Below are positions 9,508-19,700 of a DNA stretch of 64,000 nucleotides, in pieces; the first letter of the stretch is position 1, and the number at the start of each line of letters is the position of its first letter. The notes beneath the pieces were generated by a model. The model searched no databases. It was not told the origin of the DNA and worked only from the letters and a program-made list of their open reading frames with translations. Source of the DNA: Bacteriovoracaceae bacterium (GTDB lineage Bacteria > Bdellovibrionota > Bacteriovoracia > Bacteriovoracales > Bacteriovoracaceae); contig OZ244226.1 of NCBI GenBank assembly GCA_965217035.1, forward strand, positions 1,284,146 through 1,348,145, written 5' to 3'. Position numbers and translations under genes: made by a program.

Positions 9508-10605
9508 TTACCCCAATAAAGCTTGAAGATATTCATCGGTTTGAAAGACCTCAAGGTCTTCAACAGACTCTCCCACGCCAATATATGCTATTGGTACTTT
9601 TAACTTATTAACGATCGAAACGGCATTTCCAGCTTTAGAAGAACCATCGCATTTTGTGAGGACAAGACCGGTCAGATTCAAAGATTTATTAAACTCTTCA
9701 GCCTGTGCCAAAGCATTCTGACCTGTGATTGAATCAATAACCAAAAGAACTTCATGAGGGGCCGAATCATCAAGCTTACTGAGAACACCTTTTGTCTTCT
9801 CAAGCTCTTTCATAAGATTCGACTTTGTATGAAGTCTTCCAGCTGTATCAAGTAAGCAATAATCAGCATTCAAACTCTTTGCCTTTGCCAAAGTGTCGTA
9901 AGCCACTCCACTTGGATCAGCCCCTTCTTTAGCCCGAATCATCTCAACGTCAGCACGCTTACACCAAACTTCAAGTTGCTCAACAGCAGCTGCTCGAAAA
10001 GTATCACAAGCACCAACTACAACATTAGCCCCTTGAGCTTTTAACTTTGTTGCAAGCTTCCCGATAGTCGTCGTTTTTCCCGCTCCATTAACTCCAACAA
10101 TCATAAAAACCTTAAGTTCTTTATGATTGTCTTTGTCGTATTTAAAAAGTTCTGAATTTCTTTTCGATTGAATGGGACTAAGCTTGTTATTCAGAAAGTC
10201 AAAGGTCCAAGTTTTAAAGTTTTCAAACCCTGCTTCAGACTTACTTGCCTCAGTCTTATAACCTTCAATGAGTTCATCAACAATTCTTGGACTCATATCA
10301 GCTGAATAAAGCAATTCTTCAATTTCATCAAGTGAGCCTTGATCAAGCTTATTAGAACCAAAGAGATTTCCCACTTTTGTCCACACTTCTACACGAGATT
10401 TCGAAAGACCTTTATTCAAACGTTCAGTCCAACTAATTGCTGGAGTTTCAACTTTTACCTCTTCTTTAACAGTAACCTTTGTTGCTTCAACCGGCCTAGC
10501 CTTTTTCGAAGTGCCACTTCCAGTAAGAAACATAATTAAGGTGCTAAGAACCATGAATCCCATAGATCCAAAAGCGGCGTAATCACCAATATTATAGACT
10601 TCCAT
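9508..10605 (-). CDS. ftsY: SRP receptor FtsY with N-terminal TM anchor
   Basis: GVNGAGKTTTIGKLA, DTFRAAA, DTAGR, TKCD. Confidence 0.97.
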   Translation of the reverse strand: MEVYNIGDYAAFGSMGFMVLSTLIMFLTGSGTSKKARPVEATKVTVKEEVKVETPAISWTERLNKGLSKSRVEVWTKVGNLFGSNKLDQGSLDEIEELLYSADMSPRIVDELIEGYKTEASKSEAGFENFKTWTFDFLNNKLSPIQSKRNSELFKYDKDNHKELKVFMIVGVNGAGKTTTIGKLATKLKAQGANVVVGACDTFRAAAVEQLEVWCKRADVEMIRAKEGADPSGVAYDTLAKAKSLNADYCLLDTAGRLHTKSNLMKELEKTKGVLSKLDDSAPHEVLLVIDSITGQNALAQAEEFNKSLNLTGLVLTKCDGSSKAGNAVSIVNKLKVPIAYIGVGESVEDLEVFQTDEYLQALLG

Positions 10606-11200
10606 TTTTTCCTCTATTTAATAGGTAGTTTTTAAAGTTCCAGACAACTCTTGCGGTAGCTCCCCATAATATAAAACTCTCAAGTTCCTGGCCATTATCG
10701 GGTATTAGCTTAGGCTTTTCTCCGAAATCCATGGGAAATAGATAAACAGGATAAGTTTCTCCATTATAATGGTAGTTAAAATAACTCCAAGTTGACTCAT
10801 TGAGTAAATTTTTTAAAGGATAAAAGCAAGCGAAGTCCCACTCACCGTTTGATTGAGATTTTCTTAATTCCTCATAATCAACTCTAAGGTAAACCGGTAA
10901 CATCGTTTTTCGTTGACGCGTAAAAACGAGAGATCCTGTTCCATACCATTCAATAAAGTCTGGGGAAATATTAAGTTCTTCTTCAAATTCCCGGCTAGCA
11001 GTTTCAAGGTCAGTTTCTCCTTCGACATGATGACCACCAATAAAAGCTAGCTGATCCTTATGGCTCGGTACATTTAAACCGCGATGAATAAAGAGAAAGT
11101 GGTCTTCTTTATTAATTTCAGTAATGATTCCCAAACAAACGCTATCAAAACCTGTTGATCCTATGGACTTTGGTAAATCGCTCAATATACTAGCATTCAT
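10592..11200 (-). CDS. NUDIX hydrolase, CoA-pyrophosphatase-like
   Basis: HKDQLAFIGGH...ETASREFEEEL, LWGATA; start placed at ATG 11200 (track extends to 11236). Confidence 0.8.
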   Translation of the reverse strand: MNASILSDLPKSIGSTGFDSVCLGIITEINKEDHFLFIHRGLNVPSHKDQLAFIGGHHVEGETDLETASREFEEELNISPDFIEWYGTGSLVFTRQRKTMLPVYLRVDYEELRKSQSNGEWDFACFYPLKNLLNESTWSYFNYHYNGETYPVYLFPMDFGEKPKLIPDNGQELESFILWGATARVVWNFKNYLLNRGKNGSL

Positions 11201-12134
11201 GACAGAAGGTATCTTAACGAGGCGCTTTCGATTCATCCAGAAAATTAAGAACTTCTTTCTTAAAGAGGGATTTGTCGAAGTTCTCGTACCACCAATGGTC
11301 GAAAATCCAGGAATGGAGACTCATATTCATCCCTTTCAAGTTTCCTCAGTTAATTCACGTAAATTGACTGATTTTTATCTCCAAACATCTCCCGAATTTA
11401 AAATTAAGCAACTGCTTTCAAATTATGAGACGGAGAAACTCGATAAGGTTTTTAATATTTCCTATTGTTTTCGTGACGAACCCAGATCTGAAATTCATCG
11501 CCCTCAGTTTTTGATGCTGGAATGGTATCGGCTTTTTGAAAGTTATGAAAAAATTGAAACCGATATAAAAGAGCTTGTCGATCACTTAACGAGCTCGACT
11601 CAACAGTACACAACAAGGACAGTTCAAGAAATTATTTTAGAAATAACTAAAATTGATATTTTGAATTACTTGAATTTTGATGATTTAAAAAATCTTTTAT
11701 TAAAAGATTTTTCCGATATCCCTTCTCTTAATTTACAAACCTGGGACGATTGTTTTTGGGCACTTTTTCTCAACAAGATAGAGCCTCAACTAAAGGAATA
11801 TCCGTATTTATTCTTAAAAGAATTTCCTGCTCCTCTTGCAGCTCTTAGTAAACTCAAAAAAGAAGACTCGAGAGTTTGTGAGCGCTTTGAGTTTTATTTA
11901 AATGGTGTGGAGATTGCAAATTGCTTTCACGAATTAACAGATTACGAAGAACAAGAGAAAAGATTCGCTATTCAAAATAAAGAAAAAGAAAAAACTTATA
12001 ACTATACTCTTCCAGAACCTAATGAGTTTTATAGAAGCATGAGAAAAGGCCTTCCTCACTCCTCAGGTATAGCCCTTGGAGTGGAAAGACTTATAAAAGA
12101 AGTTTTAAAAATTGATAACCCATTTTGGGATTAA
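11199..12134 (+). CDS. epmA: Elongation factor P (R)-beta-lysine ligase
   Basis: LQTSPE, CFRDE..HRPQFLMLEWY, RFEFYLNGVEIAN, GIALGVERL; LysRS catalytic domain without anticodon domain; start placed at ATG 11199. Confidence 0.9.
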   Translation: MTEGILTRRFRFIQKIKNFFLKEGFVEVLVPPMVENPGMETHIHPFQVSSVNSRKLTDFYLQTSPEFKIKQLLSNYETEKLDKVFNISYCFRDEPRSEIHRPQFLMLEWYRLFESYEKIETDIKELVDHLTSSTQQYTTRTVQEIILEITKIDILNYLNFDDLKNLLLKDFSDIPSLNLQTWDDCFWALFLNKIEPQLKEYPYLFLKEFPAPLAALSKLKKEDSRVCERFEFYLNGVEIANCFHELTDYEEQEKRFAIQNKEKEKTYNYTLPEPNEFYRSMRKGLPHSSGIALGVERLIKEVLKIDNPFWD

Positions 12135-12140
12135 TTTTTT

Positions 12141-12710
12141 CTATTTCATAGCTTGAAGAAGATAAACTTTAAGCTTGTTTCCAATAACATAGTTATCTCT
12201 TTTAGCAGACTCAACAAAAACTCCAACAATTCGATCTTCATTTTTGTAGAAAGTGTTTGCCAGAATACGAATCTTACGACCTCTTCCTTCCCCAAATGAA
12301 ACAAGATAAATATTTTGTTTTTTTAAACTTTTAAGGTCTAAAGAAATTCGACAACCAAATTCAGTAAAAAACTCTTGCTTTACAAGCTTTTTATCAAAAT
12401 CATAATCAGGATAGTGATTATTTGGTTTTCTTAAATAGCTAGAAGTATGATTAACTCCAAGACTTGATTTAACTTCGATCACAATCCCTTGCATGGCAAG
12501 ACGCTTTGTTATGAATGTCTTTGCTTCATCACATTTTTCAACAAGGTATTGAGGCTTAGAAGCCATCATGCGATTCTCACTAATTGAGCGACCAGCTACA
12601 ATTTCAGCTTTCTTTTTTGTTGTAGGTAACAAGATAGTCATTCCTGGTAGAACTGATGAATTTGCAAAACTTGTTTGAGCAAATAATCCTAATAAAACTA
12701 ATAACTTCAT
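12141..12710 (-). CDS. Hypothetical secreted protein
   Basis: Signal peptide ending SFA; SD upstream. Confidence 0.6.
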   Translation of the reverse strand: MKLLVLLGLFAQTSFANSSVLPGMTILLPTTKKKAEIVAGRSISENRMMASKPQYLVEKCDEAKTFITKRLAMQGIVIEVKSSLGVNHTSSYLRKPNNHYPDYDFDKKLVKQEFFTEFGCRISLDLKSLKKQNIYLVSFGEGRGRKIRILANTFYKNEDRIVGVFVESAKRDNYVIGNKLKVYLLQAMK

Positions 12711-12728
12711 TTCAATCCCTAATATTTT

Positions 12729-14075
12729 CTAAATGATTCTTCCAACTAAATCGTAATCATGTGCTTCTGTGATTTCAACATTGACGAAATCACCTGGATA
12801 AGCAAAACCATCATTAATAATGACACAACCATCAATATCCGGAGCTTGTCCCGCATGACGCCCTTTAATTAACATATCTGTATCAGGGTGAGCCCCTTCA
12901 ACTAAAACCTTCAACGTTTTTCCCACATAAGACTGAAGTTTCTTTGATGAAATTTCTTTTTGAATTTCATAAAGTTCTTCAAATCGTTGGTCTATAATTT
13001 CTTGATCGAGTTTATCTTTAAGATTAACAGCAGGCGTTCCTTCTTCATCCGAATATTTAAAAACACCTAAATGATCGAACTCCATTTCTGTTATCTTTTC
13101 TTTTAAAAGTTCGAAGTCTTCTTCTGTTTCTCCCGGAAATCCGACAATCACAGAGGTTCTTAAGGCGATATCCGGAACATGCATTTTTAAGCGGTCAATC
13201 TTCTCCATCATCCGCTCAGTTGTTACTTTCCTATTCATTCTTCTAAGAATTTTTGAAGAAAAATGCTGAACAGGCATATCAAGATAACGACAAATTTTCT
13301 CAGACTGAGAAATGAGCTCCATCACATCTTCAGAGAGATCATCTGGATAATAATAAAAAAGACGAATCCACTCAACCCCTTCTACTTTTTCAAGAGAAGC
13401 TAAAAGATTATAAAGTGTATCTGAGTCACTTAAGTCGACTCCATAATCTGATAAGTCCTGAGAAATGATATTAATTTCTTTAACACCTTTTTTGGCAAGA
13501 TCAGCAGCCTCTTTTACAAGCGATTCTACAGAACGAGACCTCAATTTCCCTCGGAGTGTTGGGATAATACAAAACGTACAATTTCGATTACACCCTTCAG
13601 AGATTTTCAACCATGCCATATGCCCAGGAGAAGTATTAATTCTTGGATCAAGTTCAGTATGAATAAATTTTGGAATCTCAACGAATGATTTTTTCTCTAG
13701 CTTTCCGTCATCGAGTGCATTGATGAGCTGTGCGATCTTATTGTATTCACCGGTTCCAATAAAAAGATCAACTTCCGGCATCGCTTTTTCAAGATCATCA
13801 TAATAACGCTGGGCCATGCATCCAGACATAACCAGAACATCACAATTTCCATACTCTTCGTTTTTATAATCTGAAAGCTCCAGAACTGTATCGATAGATT
13901 CTTGCTTAGCAGCTTCAACAAACGAACAAGTGTTCACAACAATCACTCGCGCCTCCTCAGGCTTTTGAGTCACCTCGTAACCATCGAGTCCGAGATACCC
14001 AAGCATGACCTGAGAGTCGACCAGATTCTTCGAGCAACCCAAAGAGGTAAAGTAAAGTGATTTATCTAAATTCAT
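12729..14075 (-). CDS. rimO: Ribosomal protein S12 methylthiotransferase
   Basis: SLGCSKNLVDS, NTCSF, CNRNCTFC radical SAM motif, QAPDIDG TRAM domain; start placed at ATG 14075. Confidence 0.95.
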   Translation of the reverse strand: MNLDKSLYFTSLGCSKNLVDSQVMLGYLGLDGYEVTQKPEEARVIVVNTCSFVEAAKQESIDTVLELSDYKNEEYGNCDVLVMSGCMAQRYYDDLEKAMPEVDLFIGTGEYNKIAQLINALDDGKLEKKSFVEIPKFIHTELDPRINTSPGHMAWLKISEGCNRNCTFCIIPTLRGKLRSRSVESLVKEAADLAKKGVKEINIISQDLSDYGVDLSDSDTLYNLLASLEKVEGVEWIRLFYYYPDDLSEDVMELISQSEKICRYLDMPVQHFSSKILRRMNRKVTTERMMEKIDRLKMHVPDIALRTSVIVGFPGETEEDFELLKEKITEMEFDHLGVFKYSDEEGTPAVNLKDKLDQEIIDQRFEELYEIQKEISSKKLQSYVGKTLKVLVEGAHPDTDMLIKGRHAGQAPDIDGCVIINDGFAYPGDFVNVEITEAHDYDLVGRII

Positions 14076-14140
14076 TGCCTTCTCTTCCCAAAGATTGGGG
14101 CTATCTGTCAATCATGGTAGAAATAAAATAAAACTATTTA

Positions 14141-15676
14141 CTACTCAGAGCGTCTAAGCGAAGCGCTTAAAACAACAAAGGCTATTTCAATGCTATTTCG
14201 AAGACCAATTAATTGGTCATGAAGCTGTGCGTTGCGGTAGAATTTTTGAACTTGTTCATAGAGTTCTGAGATCATAGCGTTCGCTCTATGAAGACGGTTT
14301 TTAGACCGTTTAATTCCAACATAATTCCACATGGTCTGCTTGATAATCGCAATGTCCTGATTGATAAGGGCCAGGTCAAGTTCATCAGAAGAAAGCTTCC
14401 AATTCTGGATTAGTTCAGAGTTATAAAAGTTTCCGTGGGTTGGAATTGTTTTAAGAATATCCTCGGCTGCCTTATAACCCCAGGTTAAGCCTTCAAGTAG
14501 CGATGTTGATGCTAATCGATTTACACCATGAAGTCCGGTACAAGCAACTTCACCAACAGCATAAAGATATTTTAAATTTGTTCTTCCTCTAAGATCAGTT
14601 TTAATTCCACCACAAGTATAATGAGCAGCCGGAACAACAGGAATTAAATCGCGACTCATATCAATCTTTCGATCTATCAAATATTTAAAAATATTTGGAA
14701 AACGCTCTTCAAGCCAATCTCGATCTTTATCAGTGATATCAAGAAAAACGCAATCCCATTTATTATCAACCATCTCAGTGATAATCGCTTTAGAAACAAC
14801 ATCTCTTGGCGCCATCTCAGCATCTGGATGGTATTTTTCCATGAATCGATTTCCATGCTTATCAACAAGTTTCCCGCCCTCTCCACGAACTGCTTCACTT
14901 ATAAGAAATCTTCGATCAGAGCTTGAACCAAAATAAGTCGTTGGATGGAATTGGATATACTCCATATTTGTGAGCGTTGCTCCAGCTCTTTTTGCCATTG
15001 CATGACCATCTCCTCTTGCCGCTTCACTATTTGAATGATGCAAGTAAAGTGATCCGATTCCGCCCGTCGCAAGGACAACTCTTTTCGCCATGTATTTATC
15101 AACTTCAGAGTTTCTTTGATCAAAAACATAAACTCCAACAACTTTGTTTTCCTCATAACGCTGTTGGATTTCAACCCCATGGTGAGAAGGAGTAATTAGA
15201 TCAATGGCCGTTTTTTCAGTTTGAATATCAACATTTTTTAAAGTTGAAAGATAGTTCAAAAGAGAAACTTCAATGGCTTTTCCTGTTGCATCTCCATTAT
15301 AAAGAATTCGAGGAATACTATGAGCCGCTTCTTGAGTTAACTTGAGCTCCCCTAATTCATCCTTAGCAAATTGAGTTTCTGCACCTTCTATTAAAATTTC
15401 TTTAACGATATCAGAGGAATCATTAATAAGTTGATCTATTGCCGGCTGGTAAGATGTATTTTGACTAGCCGCTTGAACATCATTTGAAAGGTATTGATCA
15501 TCTTTATTAATATAAATGATTCCACCTTGCGCCCAATAAGTATTACTTTCCTCTGGTTTCTTTCCCCTGGTAATGATGGCAATATTGAGATTTTCGTTTT
15601 CACTCAACTTGATCGCAGTTGTTAAGCCCGCGATACCAGTACCAATAACAATGACATCGTAATTCAAGGTTTTCAT
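14141..15676 (-). CDS. nadB: L-aspartate oxidase
   Basis: GTGIAG, WAQGG, QFHPT, LISEAVRGEG, PAAHYTCGG, HGVNRLASTSLLE. Confidence 0.94.
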   Translation of the reverse strand: MKTLNYDVIVIGTGIAGLTTAIKLSENENLNIAIITRGKKPEESNTYWAQGGIIYINKDDQYLSNDVQAASQNTSYQPAIDQLINDSSDIVKEILIEGAETQFAKDELGELKLTQEAAHSIPRILYNGDATGKAIEVSLLNYLSTLKNVDIQTEKTAIDLITPSHHGVEIQQRYEENKVVGVYVFDQRNSEVDKYMAKRVVLATGGIGSLYLHHSNSEAARGDGHAMAKRAGATLTNMEYIQFHPTTYFGSSSDRRFLISEAVRGEGGKLVDKHGNRFMEKYHPDAEMAPRDVVSKAIITEMVDNKWDCVFLDITDKDRDWLEERFPNIFKYLIDRKIDMSRDLIPVVPAAHYTCGGIKTDLRGRTNLKYLYAVGEVACTGLHGVNRLASTSLLEGLTWGYKAAEDILKTIPTHGNFYNSELIQNWKLSSDELDLALINQDIAIIKQTMWNYVGIKRSKNRLHRANAMISELYEQVQKFYRNAQLHDQLIGLRNSIEIAFVVLSASLRRSE

Positions 15677-16503
15677 TTATTAAGCTTAAGTGAAATATCT
15701 ACTTTTAAAGGATTTTGAGTTAGCATTCCAACACTCAAGGCATCTATCCCCTCTTTATCAAAAGTTGAAATATTTTCGAAGTTAACCCCACCAGAAACTT
15801 CATAAGTAATGCCTTCTTTTTTCATTGTAATGGCCTTATCAAGATCTTGTGCATTGAAGTTATCAAGCATCAGGTGACGAATACCAAGCTCTAAAGCTTC
15901 TTCTAATTCAGTAAGACTATGGATTTCTACAATCATCGAATTATAAAAAAGACCTTGTTCTTTAAAAAAATCGACAGCTTCTTTTAAACCACCAAAAAAG
16001 CTTTTATGATTATCTTTAACCATAAAAACATCGACTTGGTTGTAACGATGATTCTTTCCTCCTCCAACAAGTACAGCATACTTTTCAAAAGCTCTTAGCC
16101 CCGGAGTCGTTTTTCTTGTATCGAGAATTTGAATATCATTTTTTAAAGTATTTCTTAATTTTCTAGTGGTCGTCGCAATACTCGACATCCTATTGAGGAG
16201 GTTCAAGGCAACTCTTTCTAATGTGAGCCCAACTGAGAATGGAATCTTAAAAGAAATATTTTGAGGTCTGACATCTTTACCCTCGAGAGCAAGATATTCA
16301 TTATAAGGGATCTTATTATCAAGAAAAGAATTAAAGCATTCAAAAAAAGTGGAAATTCCTGCAACCGTCATTTCACTTTTGAATTTTAATTGAGCTTCTA
16401 CAATATCAGCTGGAAGAGCTCTCATATATTGATAGTTATTATAAAAACCATCTTCTTCTAAAAAATTCTGAACTGCATTTTTTACAAAGGTCGCTTCAAG
16501 CAT
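15673..16503 (-). CDS. nadC: Quinolinate phosphoribosyltransferase
   Basis: DTRKTTPGLR, KDNH, MLDN, EVSGG. Confidence 0.95.
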   Translation of the reverse strand: MLEATFVKNAVQNFLEEDGFYNNYQYMRALPADIVEAQLKFKSEMTVAGISTFFECFNSFLDNKIPYNEYLALEGKDVRPQNISFKIPFSVGLTLERVALNLLNRMSSIATTTRKLRNTLKNDIQILDTRKTTPGLRAFEKYAVLVGGGKNHRYNQVDVFMVKDNHKSFFGGLKEAVDFFKEQGLFYNSMIVEIHSLTELEEALELGIRHLMLDNFNAQDLDKAITMKKEGITYEVSGGVNFENISTFDKEGIDALSVGMLTQNPLKVDISLKLNK

Positions 16504-16577
16504 AGTTATCCAATTTCAAAAATAAAAAAAGAGAAAACTCTCTTCTGCTCACAGTCCTTCTAGGCTATCTGAAATGT

Positions 16578-17474
16578 ATGCATATTAGGACGCTACTAGT
16601 CTTGCTCGTCAGTTTTACTCTTTTTTCCTATCAATGTAAAAAGAGTAATATTGAGCGCTTCAAAATCAAGAAGAAAACAGAGCTACCTCTCTTCCTTGAA
16701 ACTAAAGTTCAGGAAAAGCTTAAAAAAGGCCAACAAGGCGCACTAGAAAACTCATTGAATCTAGGGGTTAGAAAAGGACTCTCTCATTCAACCTATCTCA
16801 ATTTTAAAAACCTTAATCTCCTACATCTCTTTACTCCTTCGGGGCTTCATTATTTCCCCATCTTTTGGCTTTTAAAATTTATCTTTTCCTATAAAGTCCT
16901 TAGAGGGTATTCCATCATATTTTGGTTGCTATGCTTACAATTAGAAGGCTTTTATTCTCTGAAAAGAATTGCTGCAATTAAGATGTTATGGTTGTGGAAT
17001 AAAAAATCACCTTATCAACTTCAGCTTTTTCATATTTTCCTATTCGTATTCCTTGTAGACTTTATTATTGGCAGCTTTCAATTCTCTCCCCTTAGCTGGG
17101 GCTATAGTTTCTTGTTTCTTGGTTTGATATTTTCAAATGATAAGGAACCTTTGATAACAAGAATCGCTTTAGGCCAGGTTTTCATTTCATTCTTTGAAAA
17201 CTTTTGTTTTAATCCTATTTCTTTTTTATCTGGCTATATCATTTCTCTTTTGGCAAGTCTGTCTTTCCCAATGCTTTTCATCGGTTATTGGAATCCCTTT
17301 GGAGAAATTCCTTTGAATGATTTTTTTTTATCTAGTCTCGATTGGATTGTAAAACAAGCAAGTCAGATCAGTTATTTTTCTAGACCTTTAAATCCTCTTA
17401 TTTGCCTCATATCTTATTGGGCAATAATTAATAAAAGAAAAATAACGACAGGGCTTCTTTTTTTATTTTTATAA
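16578..17474 (+). CDS. ComEC/Rec2 competence-domain membrane protein (short form)
   Basis: LLHLFTPSGLH resembles ComEC HLxAISGLH; multiple TMs. Confidence 0.6.
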   Translation: MHIRTLLVLLVSFTLFSYQCKKSNIERFKIKKKTELPLFLETKVQEKLKKGQQGALENSLNLGVRKGLSHSTYLNFKNLNLLHLFTPSGLHYFPIFWLLKFIFSYKVLRGYSIIFWLLCLQLEGFYSLKRIAAIKMLWLWNKKSPYQLQLFHIFLFVFLVDFIIGSFQFSPLSWGYSFLFLGLIFSNDKEPLITRIALGQVFISFFENFCFNPISFLSGYIISLLASLSFPMLFIGYWNPFGEIPLNDFFLSSLDWIVKQASQISYFSRPLNPLICLISYWAIINKRKITTGLLFLFL

Positions 17475-18209
17475 TTTTATATAGAGATATGGTTTTTTTA
17501 CTTTGAAGTGTTTGTTTTGATTCCTTTTTAAAACTGAAAAAAGTATGTTTTTAATTGAAAAGATACCTAATTTTACTTTGTCCACTTTCACTTTAATTGT
17601 TTCTTTCTCTTTCAGGTATTCTGCTTTACCTATCGCCCAAAAACTTCCTTTAAAAACTCCTTGTCTTAATCTTCCTTTTAAAGAAAGATTCCCATCTTGT
17701 AATGCAAGATCAACATCTTTTAATTTGTTTTTCACTTTGTCGAGATCAAAAATAAAGGATTCTCCTTTTGTTTTCGATTCCGCAAGACATGAGTTTATGA
17801 TTTCATCGAAACCAAACTTGGGAGTATTGGGACATTTAAGATCAAAGAAGTTAAGAGCTGTTTCTCTTTCAAAAATGACTTGATCAAAAAGTAAATTTAA
17901 CCCACTAATAGCACTATAAAAGATTTGAAGATTCTCAATATCTAAACCTTGCGCTTTAATAAGAGGGGTAGGAATTTTTTCTATTTTAAAGTCATGATTA
18001 GAAAACTTAATGACAGCTAAATCATCTTCAAAAGAAAGGTCAAAACTATCATGTGATCTTAGAAACGAATGAGCATCTACTCTAAAAAAATCCGTTTCTC
18101 CAGATCCTTCTTGATTATTGATTTGAAGATTCATTCCATTTATTCTTACAAACTCAACTGTATAAGCGAAACTAGAAGTTAGCGTAAAAAGTAAAAAGAT
18201 GCGTAACAT
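17469..18209 (-). CDS. Hypothetical secreted beta-rich protein
   Basis: Signal peptide ending SFA; SD. Confidence 0.6.
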   Translation of the reverse strand: MLRIFLLFTLTSSFAYTVEFVRINGMNLQINNQEGSGETDFFRVDAHSFLRSHDSFDLSFEDDLAVIKFSNHDFKIEKIPTPLIKAQGLDIENLQIFYSAISGLNLLFDQVIFERETALNFFDLKCPNTPKFGFDEIINSCLAESKTKGESFIFDLDKVKNKLKDVDLALQDGNLSLKGRLRQGVFKGSFWAIGKAEYLKEKETIKVKVDKVKLGIFSIKNILFSVLKRNQNKHFKVKKPYLYIKL

Positions 18210-18287
18210 AACAAATCCTTTTGTTAGATGCTTTTCTAATTATTATAGTAAGTTTTTAGAATCTACGAAAGAAATCGACTTTAGTAA

Positions 18288-19574
18288 TCAGTTAACAGTA
18301 AACTTTAACTTCAACTGATCAAATGTTTTTTCTTCTTTCAGTGCGTAAAGAAGGTTGTTCTTAACTTGATCGTTTCCTGCATAAAGTTTTTTGATTTCCT
18401 CGATCGTCATGCCTGACATATCGGCCATGTCTTTGTACTTTATTTCAAGTTCACTATCGTCCACTTTTACTTCAAACTCATCAGCAAGTTTATTAAGAAT
18501 GAGCCCAGACCGTACTTGAAATTCAGCCTTATCTTTAAGATTATCGCTCCACTTGCTGAAGTACTCTTCCATCATTGTGTCATTGAAGCCACTTTGCATG
18601 AGTCCACGTTTTGTATCTTCTTTAAGAGCATTTAATTGTTGAAAAATAAGTGCTTCGGGAACATCAAATGTATTATCTGCGACAAGTTTTTCAAGAATTT
18701 CTTGATGAAGTTTTTCATCAGACTTTCTTTTGTTTTCTGTCTCAATTCTCTTCTTAGTTTTTGTCGTGAAATCATCTACTGATTCGTAGTTAAATTCCTT
18801 AGCTAGTTCATCTGTGAATTCAGGAGTATTCTTTTCTTTTATCTCTAATAGTTCAACATAGAATTTAACTTTCGCACCTTTTAAATCTTCAGCATGATAG
18901 TCTTCTGGAAAAGTGAGTTCCAAAGTTTTTGATTCACCCTTCTTCATTCCAGTCATTCCAGCCTCAAAGCCTTCAATAAATTGCCCAGATCCGATTTCGA
19001 GTAAATACTCAGAACCTTTCATGCTTTCTGGTTTTTCACCATCTTCTTTTTCACCTTGAAAGTTAAAAACCGCGAAATGTCCTTCTCCTAGAGTTACAGA
19101 ATCATCTTCAATCGCTGTAACTTCTGATTTTGTATCAAGCAATTGCTTTTTTACTTTTTCAATATCTTCATCTTTGAAAGAATCATCTTCACGTTTAAAC
19201 GAATACTTTTCAAAACCTGAAACTGTAAACTCTGGAAAGATCTCAACAGTCGCTTCAAATGCTACACTGTTTTTTTCCGACTCATATTTAGTATTATCAA
19301 ACTTTGGATAACCAATAGGTTGAAGCTTCTCTTCTTGGACAGCATTGTAAAACTCTTTAGAAACAAAACTATAAAGAGCCTCATTCTCAACTTGAGGTCC
19401 ATAAAATTTTTGAATGACTGAAAGAGGGGCTTTTCCTGGTCGAAAACCTTTAAGTTTTGCCGTTTTTTGTTTTTCTTTTAGTGCTACTTGAATTTCTTTA
19501 CTTAGATCTACTGAGTCAAAAGAAAATACTAGTTTTTTAGTACAATCATTAACCGATTCAACTGTATAAGACAT
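18288..19574 (-). CDS. tig: Trigger factor
   Basis: GFRPGKAP ribosome-binding motif, FKBP domain (FIEGFE, FPEDYHA); ATG 19574 with GAGGAG SD. Confidence 0.97.
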   Translation of the reverse strand: MSYTVESVNDCTKKLVFSFDSVDLSKEIQVALKEKQKTAKLKGFRPGKAPLSVIQKFYGPQVENEALYSFVSKEFYNAVQEEKLQPIGYPKFDNTKYESEKNSVAFEATVEIFPEFTVSGFEKYSFKREDDSFKDEDIEKVKKQLLDTKSEVTAIEDDSVTLGEGHFAVFNFQGEKEDGEKPESMKGSEYLLEIGSGQFIEGFEAGMTGMKKGESKTLELTFPEDYHAEDLKGAKVKFYVELLEIKEKNTPEFTDELAKEFNYESVDDFTTKTKKRIETENKRKSDEKLHQEILEKLVADNTFDVPEALIFQQLNALKEDTKRGLMQSGFNDTMMEEYFSKWSDNLKDKAEFQVRSGLILNKLADEFEVKVDDSELEIKYKDMADMSGMTIEEIKKLYAGNDQVKNNLLYALKEEKTFDQLKLKFTVN

Positions 19575-19700
19575 TGTTATAAACTCCTCTAATTTTGCGC
19601 TGAAACTATCATGAAAGACCCTACTCAGCAATATAAGCGGGCCATAAATAAGAGTTTTATTAAAAAAAACTACTTGAATCAAGGTTGAAAATGCGACGCA

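Noticed and set aside
19575..19682. Upstream extensions in the ORF track for tig (also truA, rimO, epmA, the cyclophilin and the MAPEG gene)
   Set aside because: Downstream ATGs have better SD or promoter context and match family N-termini; the extensions overlap promoters or neighbouring genes.
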